Shown: piece after piece, positions 34,254 to 45,900 of the stretch | Layout: each line of letters opens with the position of its first letter | Position numbering within the stretch: position 1 is the stretch's first letter | Source: Escherichia coli O157:H7 | GTDB taxonomy: Bacteria; Pseudomonadota; Gammaproteobacteria; Enterobacterales; Enterobacteriaceae | Assembly: GCF_013167455.1 (NCBI RefSeq) | Contig: NZ_CP038328.1 | Length of the DNA: 64,000 nt | Reading direction: 5' to 3' (one strand) | Translations under genes and position numbers: made by a program | The notes under the pieces: model-generated | The model's input: only the letters and a program-made list of their open reading frames with translations | Told to the model about the DNA's origin: nothing | The model's database searches: none

Positions 34254-35201
34254 ATGGAAAACAGTGACGATATCCGTTTGATTGTGAAGATTGCCCAACT
34301 CTATTACGAACAGGATATGACGCAGGCGCAAATCGCGCGCGAACTGGGTATTTACCGCACCAACATCAGCCGCTTGCTTAAACGAGGCCGCGATCAGGGA
34401 ATTGTCACCATCGCCATCAACTATGACTACAACGAAAATCTCTGGCTGGAGCAGCAACTGAAGCAAAAGTTTGGCCTGAAAGACGTTGTGGTGGTGTCGG
34501 GAAATGATGAGGATGAAGAGACTCAACTGGCGATGATGGGGTTACACGGCGCGCAACTGCTGGATCGCTTGCTGGAGCCTGGCGATATTGTCGGTTTTTC
34601 CTGGGGTCGCGCGGTGAGCGCACTGGTTGAAAACTTGCCGCAGGCGGGGCAATCGCGGCAGTTAATCTGCGTACCAATTATTGGCGGACCGTCCGGTAAA
34701 CTCGAAAGCCGCTATCACGTAAACACATTAACCTACAGCGCGGCAGCGAAGCTGAAAGGGGAATCGCATCTCGCGGATTTTCCGGCTCTACTGGATAACC
34801 CATTAATTCGTAATGGGATCATGCAGTCTCAGCACTTTAAAACCATCTCTGCCTACTGGGATAATCTGGATGTCGCCCTGGTGGGAATTGGCTCACCGGC
34901 CATTCGCGACGGCGCTAACTGGCATGCGTTTTATGGTGGTGAAGAGAGTGACGACCTGAATGCCCGCCAGGTTGCTGGCGATATTTGCTCGCGCTTTTTT
35001 GATATTCACGGCGAAATGGTTGAAACGAATATGAGCGAAAAAACACTCTCTATCGAAATGAATAAATTAAAGCAGGCACGATATTCCATTGGCATTGCCA
35101 TGAGTGAAGAAAAATACAGCGGAATTATTGGTGCACTGCGTGGAAAATATATTAATTGTCTGGTAACGAATAGCAGCACAGCTGAACTATTACTGAAATA
35201 A
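34254..35201 (+). CDS. sorC: SorC-family transcriptional regulator of the sorbose operon
   Basis: HTH N-terminus (MTQAQIARELGIYRTNISRLLKRGRDQGIV) and sugar-binding C-domain; first gene of a sorCDFBAME-like cluster; start taken at MENSDDIRL inside the track ORF. Confidence 0.7.
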   Translation: MENSDDIRLIVKIAQLYYEQDMTQAQIARELGIYRTNISRLLKRGRDQGIVTIAINYDYNENLWLEQQLKQKFGLKDVVVVSGNDEDEETQLAMMGLHGAQLLDRLLEPGDIVGFSWGRAVSALVENLPQAGQSRQLICVPIIGGPSGKLESRYHVNTLTYSAAAKLKGESHLADFPALLDNPLIRNGIMQSQHFKTISAYWDNLDVALVGIGSPAIRDGANWHAFYGGEESDDLNARQVAGDICSRFFDIHGEMVETNMSEKTLSIEMNKLKQARYSIGIAMSEEKYSGIIGALRGKYINCLVTNSSTAELLLK

Positions 35202-35270
35202 AAATCTTCCCGATGTTTATCGTAATAAAAATTACGGCGGGTCCCTATTATCTAAAATCAGGAGTCTGTT

Positions 35271-36077
35271 ATGCAAACGTGGTTAAATTTGCAGGATAAA
35301 ATCATTATCGTCACCGGCGGCGCATCCGGTATTGGTCTGGCGATTGTAGAGGAATTATTAGCACAAGGCGCAAACGTACAGATGGTAGATATTCACGGTG
35401 GCGATGGACAATATGAAGGTCATAAAGGCTATCAGTTTTGGCCGACCGATATTTCCAGCGCCAAAGAGGTAAATCATACGGTAGCGGAAATTATCCAGCG
35501 TTTTGGTCGCATCGACGGTCTGGTCAATAACGCCGGGGTCAATTTCCCGCGTCTGCTGGTCGATGAGAAAGCGCCTGCCGGGCAGTATGAACTCAACGAA
35601 GCTGCATTCGAAAAAATGGTCAATATCAACCAGAAAGGCGTTTTTCTGATGTCGCAGGCGGTGGCGCGACAGATGGTCAAACAACATGATGGCGTGATTG
35701 TGAATGTTTCCTCAGAAAGTGGGCTGGAAGGCTCAGAAGGCCAAAGCTGTTACGCCGCTACCAAAGCCGCGCTCAATAGCTTCACGCGCTCCTGGTCGAA
35801 AGAGCTGGGTAAACACGGTATCCGTGTGGTCGGTATCGCGCCGGGGATTCTGGAAAAAACCGGGCTACGCACGCCGGAATATGAAGAGGCGCTGGCGTGG
35901 ACGCGCAATATCACCGTCGAGCAGCTGCGTGAAGGCTATACCAAAAACGCCATTCCTATTGGGCGCGCCGGAAGATTAGCAGAAATCGCTGATTTTGTTT
36001 GTTATCTGCTGTCTGAACGCGCCAGCTATATCACCGGAGTAACCACTAACATTGCGGGCGGCAAAACGCGCGGCTAA
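35271..36077 (+). CDS. sorD: SDR-family dehydrogenase (D-glucitol-6-phosphate dehydrogenase SorD-like)
   Basis: TGGASGIG Rossmann motif and YxxxK catalytic motif. Confidence 0.7.
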   Translation: MQTWLNLQDKIIIVTGGASGIGLAIVEELLAQGANVQMVDIHGGDGQYEGHKGYQFWPTDISSAKEVNHTVAEIIQRFGRIDGLVNNAGVNFPRLLVDEKAPAGQYELNEAAFEKMVNINQKGVFLMSQAVARQMVKQHDGVIVNVSSESGLEGSEGQSCYAATKAALNSFTRSWSKELGKHGIRVVGIAPGILEKTGLRTPEYEEALAWTRNITVEQLREGYTKNAIPIGRAGRLAEIADFVCYLLSERASYITGVTTNIAGGKTRG

Positions 36078-36086
36078 GGAGGCTTT

Positions 36087-36494
36087 ATGGTCAACGCCAT
36101 TTTTTGTGCCCACGGCAAATTAGCTTGCGCCATGCTGGAATCGGTTCAGATGGTTTACGGCAACGCCAATGTTGAAGCCGTTGAATTTGTGCCCGGTGAA
36201 AACGCCGGAGACATCGTAGCAAAGCTGGAAAAATTAGTAAGCATTCACAATCAAAATGAGTGGCTGATTGCCGTGGATTTACAGTGCGGCAGCCCGTGGA
36301 ATGCGGCAGCGATGCTTGCGATGCGCAATCCTCGTCTGCGGGTAATCAGCGGACTTTCTCTGCCGCTGGCGCTCGAACTGGTTGATAACCAGGACAGCAT
36401 GAATGTTGATGAACTGTGTGAACACCTGACGCAAATCGCAAAGCAAACCTGCGTTGTCTGGAAACAACTGGCAACGACAGAGGAGGATTTCTGA
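36087..36494 (+). CDS. sorF: PTS mannose/sorbose-family EIIA
   Basis: 135-aa product MVNAIFCAHGKLACAM...; EIIA-Man fold signature. Confidence 0.7.
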   Translation: MVNAIFCAHGKLACAMLESVQMVYGNANVEAVEFVPGENAGDIVAKLEKLVSIHNQNEWLIAVDLQCGSPWNAAAMLAMRNPRLRVISGLSLPLALELVDNQDSMNVDELCEHLTQIAKQTCVVWKQLATTEEDF

Positions 36495-36988
36495 TGAACA
36501 TTACGCTCGCCCGCATTGATGACCGCCTGATCCACGGTCAGGTCACTACCGTCTGGTCGAAAGTGGCTAACGCCCAGCGCATTATTATCTGCAATGACGA
36601 AGTTTATAACGATGAAGTTCGCCGGACATTATTGCGTCAGGCTGCGCCACCGGGAATGAAGGTTAACGTGGTCAATATTGAAAAAGCCGTCGCGGTTTAT
36701 CACAACCCGCAATATCAGGACGAAACCGTTTTTTATCTTTTCACTCGCCCACAGGATGCCTTAGCGATGGTTCGCCAGGGGGTAAAAATAGGCACCCTGA
36801 ATATTGGCGGCATGGCCTGGCGGCCCGGTAAAAAACAGTTAACCAAAGCGGTTTCATTAGATGATGATGATATTAACGCATTTCATGAGTTAAATAATCT
36901 AGGCGTCATACTGGATTTACGCGTCGTAGCGTCAGATCCCTCAATCAATATTATCTACAAAATAAACGAACAGTTAATCGCAAATTAA
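36494..36988 (+). CDS. sorB: PTS mannose/sorbose-family EIIB
   Basis: 164-aa product with RIDDRLIHGQV phosphorylation motif; start overlaps the sorF stop. Confidence 0.75.
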   Translation: MNITLARIDDRLIHGQVTTVWSKVANAQRIIICNDEVYNDEVRRTLLRQAAPPGMKVNVVNIEKAVAVYHNPQYQDETVFYLFTRPQDALAMVRQGVKIGTLNIGGMAWRPGKKQLTKAVSLDDDDINAFHELNNLGVILDLRVVASDPSINIIYKINEQLIAN

Positions 36989-37053
36989 ATAATAGCGCCT
37001 GTGTACATATGCTTTAACAGGCAGGGATGACGACACTTAAAAGGTGACAAATC

Positions 37054-37851
37054 ATGGAAATAAGTACCCTACAAATCATTGCTATATTTCTTTTTTCCTG
37101 TATTGCCGGAATGGGCAGCGTGCTGGATGAATTTCAGACTCATCGCCCGTTAATTGCCTGTACGGTGATTGGTTTAATTCTCGGTGATTTAAAAACCGGA
37201 ATAATACTCGGTGGTACGCTGGAATTGATAGCTCTCGGCTGGATGAACGTCGGCGCGGCGCAATCTCCGGATTCTGCACTCGCCAGCATAATCTCCGCCA
37301 TTCTGGTTATCGTTGGTCAGCAAAGCATCGCCACCGGAATCGCCATCGCGTTGCCTGTGGCTGCGGCAGGCCAGGTGCTGACGGTGTTTGCCCGTACCAT
37401 CACCGTAGTGTTCCAGCACGCGGCGGATAAAGCAGCGGAAGAAGCACGGTTTCGCACTCTCGATATTCTGCATGTCTCCGCGCTTGGCGTGCAGGCGCTG
37501 CGCGTCGCCATTCCGGCACTGATTGTCTCGCTGTTCGTCAGCGCCGATATGGTGAGCAATATGTTAAACGCCATTCCCGAATTTGTGACCCGAGGTCTGC
37601 AAATTGCTGGCGGTTTTATCGTGGTAGTCGGTTACGCCATGGTGCTACGTATGATGGGCGTGAAATATTTGATGCCTTTCTTTTTCCTCGGTTTCCTCGC
37701 AGGTGGCTACCTCGATCTCAGTCTGCTGGCGTTCGGTGGCGTCGGCGTGATCATGGCCCTGGTCTACATCCAGCTAAATCCACAGTGGCGTAAAGCTGAA
37801 CCTCAACTCCTGGCCCCCGCTTCCACCGCCCTTGACCAACTTGACGATTAA
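37054..37851 (+). CDS. sorA: PTS mannose/sorbose-family EIIC
   Basis: 265-aa polytopic membrane protein. Confidence 0.7.
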   Translation: MEISTLQIIAIFLFSCIAGMGSVLDEFQTHRPLIACTVIGLILGDLKTGIILGGTLELIALGWMNVGAAQSPDSALASIISAILVIVGQQSIATGIAIALPVAAAGQVLTVFARTITVVFQHAADKAAEEARFRTLDILHVSALGVQALRVAIPALIVSLFVSADMVSNMLNAIPEFVTRGLQIAGGFIVVVGYAMVLRMMGVKYLMPFFFLGFLAGGYLDLSLLAFGGVGVIMALVYIQLNPQWRKAEPQLLAPASTALDQLDD

Positions 37852-37861
37852 CGGAGCCATC

Positions 37862-38686
37862 ATGGAACAGAGAAAAATTACACGCGGCGATCTGGTGAGC
37901 ATGTTTCTGCGCTCCAACCTGCAACAGGCGTCCTTTAACTTTGAACGTATTCACGGGCTGGGTTTTTGCTACGACATGATCCCCGCCATCAAGCGACTTT
38001 ACCCAGTAAAAGAGGATCAGGTTGCGGCGCTCAGGCGACACCTGGTGTTCTTTAATACCACGCCAGCCGTATGTGGCCCGGTCATCGGCGTCACTGCCGC
38101 CATGGAAGAGGCGCGGGCCAACGGCGCGGAAATTGATGACGGCACCATTAACGGCATCAAAGTCGGTCTGATGGGACCATTGGCAGGGGTTGGCGATCCA
38201 CTGGTCTGGGGAACGCTGCGCCCGATTACCGCCGCGCTCGGCGCATCGCTGGCGCTGTCTGGCAACATTCTCGGCCCGCTGCTGTTCTTCTTTATTTTCA
38301 ACGCGGTGCGTCTGGCGATGAAGTGGTATGGCCTACAGCTCGGCTTTCGCAAAGGGGTGAATATCGTCAGCGATATGGGCGGGAATGTGCTGCAAAAACT
38401 CACCGAAGGCGCGTCGATTCTCGGACTGTTTGTGATGGGCGTGCTGGTCACCAAATGGACGTCAATCAACGTACCGTTGGTGGTTTCACAAACGCATGCC
38501 GCCGATGGCTCCACCGTCACCATGACCGTGCAGAACATTCTCGATCAACTTTGCCCTGGTTTGCTGGCGCTCGGTCTGACGCTACTGATGGTTCGTCTGC
38601 TCAACAAAAAAATTAACCCGGTATGGCTGATTTTCGCCCTGTTTGGCTTAGGGATTATCGGCAATGCGCTGGGCTTCCTGTCCTGA
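37862..38686 (+). CDS. sorM: PTS mannose/sorbose-family EIID
   Basis: 274-aa membrane protein from MEQRKITRGDLVSMFLRSNLQQASFNFERIHGLGF. Confidence 0.7.
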   Translation: MEQRKITRGDLVSMFLRSNLQQASFNFERIHGLGFCYDMIPAIKRLYPVKEDQVAALRRHLVFFNTTPAVCGPVIGVTAAMEEARANGAEIDDGTINGIKVGLMGPLAGVGDPLVWGTLRPITAALGASLALSGNILGPLLFFFIFNAVRLAMKWYGLQLGFRKGVNIVSDMGGNVLQKLTEGASILGLFVMGVLVTKWTSINVPLVVSQTHAADGSTVTMTVQNILDQLCPGLLALGLTLLMVRLLNKKINPVWLIFALFGLGIIGNALGFLS

Positions 38687-38737
38687 TTCTTCGCCCCGGC
38701 ACGACTGCCGGGGCCATCGTTCAACATGAGGTGGTTT

Positions 38738-39967
38738 ATGAAAACAACAGCTCTGCGTCTTTATGGTAAACGTGATTTACGCCTGGAAACCTTTGACCTT
38801 CCTGAAATGCAGGAGGATGAAATCCTCGCGACGGTGGTCACTGACAGCCTGTGCCTCTCTTCCTGGAAAGAGGCCAATCTGGGTGAAAACCATAAAAAAG
38901 TACCCGACGATGTGGCGACCAACCCAATCATCATCGGCCACGAGTTTTGCGGCGATATTCTGGCCGTGGGTAAAAAGTGGCAGCACAAATTCCAGCCGGG
39001 TCAGCGTTATGTGATTCAGGCCAACCTGCAACTCCCCGACCGCCCGGACTGCCCCGGCTACTCCTTCCCGTGGGTAGGCGGCGAGGCCACGCATGTGGTT
39101 ATTCCCAACGAGGTCATGGAACAAGATTGCCTGCTGGCATACGACGGCGAAACCTATTTTGAAGGCTCGCTGGTTGAACCGCTTTCCTGCGTGATTGGCG
39201 CGTTCAACGCCAACTATCATCTTCAGGAAGGTAGTTATAACCACACGATGGGGATTCGCCCGCAAGGGCGCATGCTGATCCTCGGCGGCACCGGACCAAT
39301 GGGACTGTTGGCGATTGATTATGCGCTACATGGACCCGTTAACCCGTCGCTGCTCGTCATTACCGATACCGACAACGATAAATTGAGTTATGCGCGCAAG
39401 CACTATCCATCAGAACCGCAAACACTGATTCATTATCTCAATGCCGCCGATGCAGCATTTGATACGCTAATGGCGCTGAGTGGCGGTCACGGCTTCGATG
39501 ATATTTTCGTCTTTGTGCCTAATGAAGGACTGGTGACTCTCGCCTCTTCCTTGCTGGCGACAGATGGTTGCCTGAATTTCTTCGCCGGACCGCAGGATAA
39601 ACATTTCAGCGCGCCAATTAATTTCTACGATGTGCATTATGCATTTACCCACTACGTGGGCACGTCAGGCGGCAATACCGACGACATGCGCGCAGCGGTC
39701 AAATTGATTGAAGAGAAAAAAGTGCAGGCCGCAAAAGTGGTAACACATATTCTTGGGCTGAATGCCGCGGGCGAAACCACGCTTGAATTGCCTGCCGTCG
39801 GCGGCGGCAAAAAGCTGGTGTATACCGGGAAATACCTGCCGCTGACGTCACTCACGCAGATTCAGGATCAAGCACTGGCGGCGATTCTGGCGCGTCATCA
39901 GGGGATCTGGTCCGGTGAGGCGGAGCAATATCTGCTCACTCATGCAGAGGCAATTTCCCATGATTAA
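38738..39967 (+). CDS. sorE: zinc-dependent dehydrogenase (L-sorbose-1-phosphate reductase SorE-like)
   Basis: About 409-aa MDR-family ADH with a Zn-binding segment (GHEFCGDIL); last gene of the cluster. Confidence 0.7.
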   Translation: MKTTALRLYGKRDLRLETFDLPEMQEDEILATVVTDSLCLSSWKEANLGENHKKVPDDVATNPIIIGHEFCGDILAVGKKWQHKFQPGQRYVIQANLQLPDRPDCPGYSFPWVGGEATHVVIPNEVMEQDCLLAYDGETYFEGSLVEPLSCVIGAFNANYHLQEGSYNHTMGIRPQGRMLILGGTGPMGLLAIDYALHGPVNPSLLVITDTDNDKLSYARKHYPSEPQTLIHYLNAADAAFDTLMALSGGHGFDDIFVFVPNEGLVTLASSLLATDGCLNFFAGPQDKHFSAPINFYDVHYAFTHYVGTSGGNTDDMRAAVKLIEEKKVQAAKVVTHILGLNAAGETTLELPAVGGGKKLVYTGKYLPLTSLTQIQDQALAAILARHQGIWSGEAEQYLLTHAEAISHD

Positions 39968-40127
39968 TCGCGCTACTTAACTCTGCATGTCGCTGGCTGG
40001 TCACCGCGGCAACTTCGCGACCTGATGTGCGGCTGATTGCTGAAGCGGCCCAATGTGCACGAGAAGGATAAAAAAACATCAGCGCCTTAAGGGGCGCTCA
40101 AATTGGTGGCAAAGTACACATTGTTTA

Positions 40128-40232
40128 TGCCGGATGCGGAATAAAGCCTTATTCGGCCTACATAATCTCGAAAATTCAATATATTGCAGTTATCTGGTAG
40201 GCCTGGTAAGCGTAGCGCATCAGGCAATGCTG
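40128..40232. repeat. REP elements between sorE and pepE
   Basis: gccggatgcgg...ccttattcggcctac and gtaggcctggtaagcg...catcaggca motifs. Confidence 0.6.
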
Positions 40233-40349
40233 TGTTTGTCATCAGTCTCAGCGCCCGGTGCAATACGTGACATCGTGAGCCATGTCAGTAAGTGGTTAAA
40301 TTCGCAGTGGTAGCATGCCTTCCGTGATTTCTTACTAACCGGAGAAGTA

Positions 40350-41039
40350 ATGGAACTGCTTTTATTGAGTAACTCGACGCTGCCGGGTAAAGCCTGGCTG
40401 GAACATGCACTGCCGCTGATTGCTGAACAGTTGCAGGGTCGCCGCTCAGCGGTGTTTATCCCTTTCGCTGGCGTAACGCAGACCTGGGATGATTACACAG
40501 CGAAAACGGCTGCGGTTCTCGCTCCGCTGGGTGTTTCTGTCACCGGTATTCATAGCGTTGTCGATCCCGTTGCCGCGATTGAAAATGCGGAAATTGTGAT
40601 TGTCGGCGGCGGTAATACTTTCCAGTTGCTGAAACAGTGCCGCGAGCGCGGGCTGCTGGCTCCAATTACTGACGTGGTTAAACGTGGCGCGCTGTATATT
40701 GGCTGGAGCGCAGGCGCTAACCTTGCTTGCCCAACCATTCGTACCACCAACGATATGCCGATTGTCGATCCGCAAGGTTTCGATGCGCTAAATCTGTTCC
40801 CGTTGCAAATCAACCCGCACTTCACCAACGCGCTGCCGGAAGGCCATAAAGGTGAAACCCGTGAGCAGCGTATTCGCGAACTGCTGGTCGTCGCGCCAGA
40901 ACTGACGATTATTGGTCTACCGGAAGGTAACTGGATCACAGTGAGTAAAGGTCACGCAACGCTGGGTGGCCCGAATACCACCTATGTGTTTAAGGCCGGT
41001 GAAGAAGCGGTTCCGCTGGAAGCTGGTCACCGTTTTTAA
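40350..41039 (+). CDS. pepE: alpha-aspartyl dipeptidase (peptidase E)
   Basis: 229-aa product [28 protein letters not shown]... Confidence 0.9.
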
Positions 41040-41043
41040 GTGA

Positions 41044-41116
41044 ATTGCCGGATGCATGATCCGGCATCTTGTTCATAGTGCCTGATGCGACGCTTGACGC
41101 GTCTTATCAGGCCTAC
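41044..41116. repeat. terminator hairpin (gccggatgcatgatccggc) plus REP element between the convergent pepE and yjbB genes
   Basis: Inverted repeat followed by a canonical REP (gcctgatgcgacgc...gtcttatcaggcctac). Confidence 0.55.
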
Positions 41117-41129
41117 AGGATTCACAATA

Positions 41130-42761
41130 TTAATACTCGTCCCGTCCCTCATCTTCATCAGGCTGTTCCAGCACACTGTAAGCCACCGAACAAAACAGCG
41201 AGTTCAGACGCTGCATATCTCCCAGTAAGCCTAAATGTAGCGAACTGGTTTCAATGCTTTGCACGTTTTGCTGATGCAGGCGATCGACGTGGGCGTGGGA
41301 ATAGCGGCGATTAAGAATGCGAAAGCGATGCTTGCTGCGGCGCAAACGACGAGCGCTGGTGACATCGCCAGAGAAGAACACCGACATTGCCAGCTTTAAA
41401 TTACTGAGCAATTGCTCATAGAGCGCATCCAGTTCCTTCAAGCCATCAAGCGAAAATGCTCGCCTTGCAGCCAGCGATTTGTCGGCAATTTCACTACTCA
41501 TGCGCTCGACGATATCGGAGGCCTGTTCAAGGTTGAGCGACATTTCGATGATCTCCGCCCAGCGGCGCGACTCTTCTTCTGCCAGTTCCTCTTTTGGCAT
41601 CCGCGCCAGATACAGCTTAATGGCGGTATAGAGAACGTTGATATCATCTGCCAGCTTACGCAGCTCTTTCTCCTGCCTTGGCTCGCCGTGCATCACTTTA
41701 TTCAGCCCTTCCATCATCTGTTCCATGGCGTCGCCAATGCGCAGGGTTTCGCGCGCGGCGTTCGCCAGAGCAAGCGTGGGCGTATCCAGCGCGCTGACAT
41801 CCAGATGTTTAGGCCGTAGCTGGGTATCCAGTTCCGGTTCATCGCGAATAATCGTTTTGCAAAACCGTGCCATCGGGTCAACAAATGGCAGCATGGCCAG
41901 GCAACGTACAAGGTTGTAGAAGACGTGGAAATAGATCACCAGTTCCGCTTTTGGCAATGACAACTTCCCCATTGTCTCTGCCAGCAAATGGACAAACGGC
42001 AGGATAATCAGGCTACCCACCAGCTTAAACAGCAGACTACCCAGCGCGACACGGCGGGCTGCGGCATTGGCGGCACTGTTGTTGAGCATCGCCAGCAGGC
42101 CGGAACCGAGGTTAGCACCAATCACCAGACAGAGCGCCACGGGGAAGGAGATAATGCCTGCGGCGGTCAGAGTCGCGGTCAGCAGTACAGCAGCAAGGCT
42201 GGAGTAGCTGATAATGGCGAACATCGCGCCAATCAGCGCATCCAGCAGAATATCGCCGGTCAGCGAGGCAAAGATCACCTGAACGCCGTTTGCCTGGGTG
42301 ATCGGCGTTACGGCCTGCACAATCAACTCCAGCGCCAGCAAAATCAGCCCAAGACCAATACCGACGCGGCCCAGTTGCCCGGCGCGTGACTGTTTGCGTC
42401 CGAGGAAAAAAATCACGCCGATAAAAATAAGTAACGGTGACAGCCAGGATAAGTCGAAGGTGAGAATACGCGCCATTAGCGCCGTCCCGACATCTGCCCC
42501 CAGCACAATGACCAGAGCCGGTGCGAGGGCTACCAGATCCTGAGCGACGAACGAGGTCACCAGCATGGTGGTGGCATTACTGCTCTGTACCAGTGCGGTA
42601 ACGCCGATCCCCGCGCAAAAGGCGAGCGGCTTTTTTTCGACGCTCCGGCTAAGGACAGTACGCAAACGCGCGCCGAAGACGCGCATTACGCCGGTTCGAA
42701 CAATATGAGTCCCCCAGACCAGCAGGGCGACGGCAGAAAGCAGGTTAAGCAGCGTTAACAC
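41130..42761 (-). CDS. yjbB: Na+/phosphate cotransporter-like membrane protein with PhoU-like domain
   Basis: 543-aa product MLTLLNLLSAVALLVWGTHIVRTGVMRVFGA... Confidence 0.85.
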   Translation of the reverse strand: MLTLLNLLSAVALLVWGTHIVRTGVMRVFGARLRTVLSRSVEKKPLAFCAGIGVTALVQSSNATTMLVTSFVAQDLVALAPALVIVLGADVGTALMARILTFDLSWLSPLLIFIGVIFFLGRKQSRAGQLGRVGIGLGLILLALELIVQAVTPITQANGVQVIFASLTGDILLDALIGAMFAIISYSSLAAVLLTATLTAAGIISFPVALCLVIGANLGSGLLAMLNNSAANAAARRVALGSLLFKLVGSLIILPFVHLLAETMGKLSLPKAELVIYFHVFYNLVRCLAMLPFVDPMARFCKTIIRDEPELDTQLRPKHLDVSALDTPTLALANAARETLRIGDAMEQMMEGLNKVMHGEPRQEKELRKLADDINVLYTAIKLYLARMPKEELAEEESRRWAEIIEMSLNLEQASDIVERMSSEIADKSLAARRAFSLDGLKELDALYEQLLSNLKLAMSVFFSGDVTSARRLRRSKHRFRILNRRYSHAHVDRLHQQNVQSIETSSLHLGLLGDMQRLNSLFCSVAYSVLEQPDEDEGRDEY

Positions 42762-42980
42762 GAGTTCAGGTTCTCCTTATCGTTATATGTTCCTGAAGCA
42801 ATTGAATGACCAAAGGACCGGAAACACGCTGACTGGCATCTTTACTGTGCCTTTTGACATTCGTTTTTCCGGCTAAGATTATTCCAGCCTGTTTCCAGTA
42901 TAAGTGTTTCATATTAATAAAGAGACAGGGCACTCATTGAGCGCCCTGTTTGTTGTAAGGAAAAGTGACAGATTTGTGAA

Positions 42981-45900
42981 TCAGTCCGCGTCATACCCCA
43001 GATTCGGTGCCAGCCAGCGCTCAACATCGGAGACGCTCATACCTTTACGGCGGGCATAGTCTTCAACCTGATCGCGCTGAATTTGCGCCACCGCGTAGTA
43101 CTTGCTGTCCGGGTGGCTGAAATACCAACCCGAAACCGATGCACCGGGCCACATGGCGAAAGATTCTGTGAGTTTCATGCCGGTATGTTTTTCCACTTCC
43201 AGCAGCTCCCAGATGGTGGCTTTTTCCGTATGTTCCGGGCAGGCCGGGTAGCCCGGTGCCGGACGGATGCCCTGGTAGTTTTCGCGGATCAGTTCTTCGT
43301 TGCTGAGGTTCTCGTTCGGCGCATAGCCCCAGTAGACTTTACGCACACGCTCATGGAGATACTCCGCAAAGGCTTCGGCTAAACGGTCGGCAAGCGCTTT
43401 CACCATGATTTTGTTGTAATCATCGTGCTGCGCTTCAAAGGCATCAGCCAGTGCGTCCTCTTCCAGCCCGCCAGTCACGGCAAATGCGCCGATGTAATCT
43501 GCTTTACCAGAAAGCTTCGGCGCAACGAAGTCAGCGAGACAGTAGTTAGCGAATCCCGTTTTTTCGGTCTGTTGACGCAGATGGTGGCTGACGTTGATCA
43601 CATGGGTGCGCGTTTCGTCACGGTAGATTTCAATGTCATCGCCCACACGGTTTGCCGGGAACAGGCCCACCACGCCACGCGGATTCAGCGTTTTCTCGGC
43701 GCTTAATTTATCCAGCATGTCGTTGGCGTCTTTAAACAGCCGCTGCGCCTCAACGCCCACCACTTCATCTTCCAGAATGCGCGGATACTTCCCGGCCAGC
43801 GACCAGGTCATAAAGAACGGTGTCCAGTCGATGTAATTACGCAGAGTTTCGATGCTGGCTTCAACTTCCTGCACGCCGAGACGGTGCGCCACCGGCGGCG
43901 TGTAAGCCTGCCAGTCAAAAGCGAAGTCGTTATCGCGCGCCGCTTCCAGCGTGACCGGTGGTGTGCGTGGTTTCTTGCGCCCGTGCTGAATACGTACGGT
44001 TTCGTACTCCTTGCGGGTACGAGCGACAAAATCATCGCGCTGAGTATCGGAAAGCAGCGCCGCCACCACACCAACGGTGCGCGAGGCATTCTGCACATAC
44101 ACCGTCGGGCCGCTGTAGTTCTGCTCGATTTTCACCGCCGTGTGCGCTTTTGAGGTCGTCGCGCCACCGATCAGTAACGGAATGGTGAAGCCCTGACGCT
44201 CCATCTCTTTCGCCACGTTAACCATCTCGTCCAGCGACGGCGTGATAAGCCCCGAAAGTCCAATCAGATCAGCATTCACTTCTTTAGCGGTACGGAGAAT
44301 TTTTTCCGCAGGCACCATAACGCCGAGATCGACAATTTCGTAGTTGTTACATTGCAGCACCACACCAACGATATTTTTACCGATGTCGTGGACGTCGCCC
44401 TTCACGGTGGCGATCACCATCTTGCCGTTGGTTTTGCCCTGCTCTTTGCTGGCTTCAATAAACGGTTCGAGGTAGGCCACTGCCTGCTTCATCACACGCG
44501 CCGATTTGACCACCTGTGGCAGGAACATTTTCCCTTCGCCGAACAGATCGCCGACCACGTTCATGCCGTCCATTAGCGGGCCTTCAATCACTTCAATCGG
44601 GCGCGTAGCCTGCTGGCGGGCTTCTTCGGTATCCTGCTCGATAAACTCAGTAATGCCTTTGACCAGCGAGTATTCCAGACGTTTATTCACTTCCCACGAG
44701 CGCCACTCCGCCTGCTGGGCGTTAGCGGTGTCGTCGGTTTTGCTGCCGCGATATTTCTCGGCAAGCTCCAGTAAACGCTCAGTGCCATCATCGCGACGAT
44801 TAAGAATCACATCTTCCACCGCGTCGCGCAGTTCAGCGGGCAGGTCGTCGTAAATCGCCAGTTGCCCGGCGTTGACGATCCCCATATCCATGCCATTGCG
44901 AATAGCGTAGTAGAGGAACACCGCGTGAATGGCTTCGCGCACCGGATCGTTGCCACGGAATGAGAAAGAAACGTTAGATACGCCGCCGGAAATCAGCGCG
45001 TGCGGCAGTTCGCGTTTGATGTCTTCGCAGGCGCCGATAAAGTCCTGCGCATAGTTGTTGTGCTCTTCAATGCCGGTGGCGACCGCGAAGATGTTCGGGT
45101 CGAAGATGATATCTTCTGGCGGGAAGCCAACCTCTTCGGTGAGGATTTTGTACGCCCGACGGCAAATCTCAATTTTCCGTGCGCGGGTATCGGCCTGCCC
45201 CTGTTCGTCAAAGGCCATTACCACCACCGCTGCACCGTAACGACGCAACAGTTTCGCATGATGGATAAAGGCGTCGACGCCCTCTTTCATTGAGATAGAG
45301 TTAACAATGCCTTTGCCCTGAATACACTTCAGCCCCTTTTCGATGACCTCCCATTTTGAGGAGTCGATCATAATCGGCACGCGAGCGATATCCGGTTCAC
45401 CGGCAATCAGATTGAGAAAACGCACCATCGCCGCTTCGGCATCGAGCATCCCTTCATCCATGTTGATATCGATAATCTGCGCGCCGTTTTCCACCTGCTG
45501 ACGCGCTACATCCAGCGCCTCGCTGTATTTCTCTTCTTTGATCAGGCGCTTGAACTTAGCGGAACCGGTGACGTTGGTGCGTTCACCCACGTTCACAAAC
45601 AGGCTATCGTCGCCAATGTTCAGCGGCTCCAGGCCGGACAAACGGCAGGCTACGGGAATTTCAGGCAGTTTGCGCGGCGCTAATCCTTCTACTGCACGAC
45701 TCATCGCTGCAATATGTTGTGGCGTGGTGCCACAGCAGCCGCCGACGATATTGAGAAAACCCGCTTGCGCCCATTCACGTATCTGTTTTGCCATCGTGTC
45801 GGCGTCGAGATCGTACTCACCAAAGGCGTTGGGTAGCCCGGCGTTCGGGTGCGCGGTGACGTAGCATTCCGCAATCCGTGATAGTTCCTGCACGTACTGG

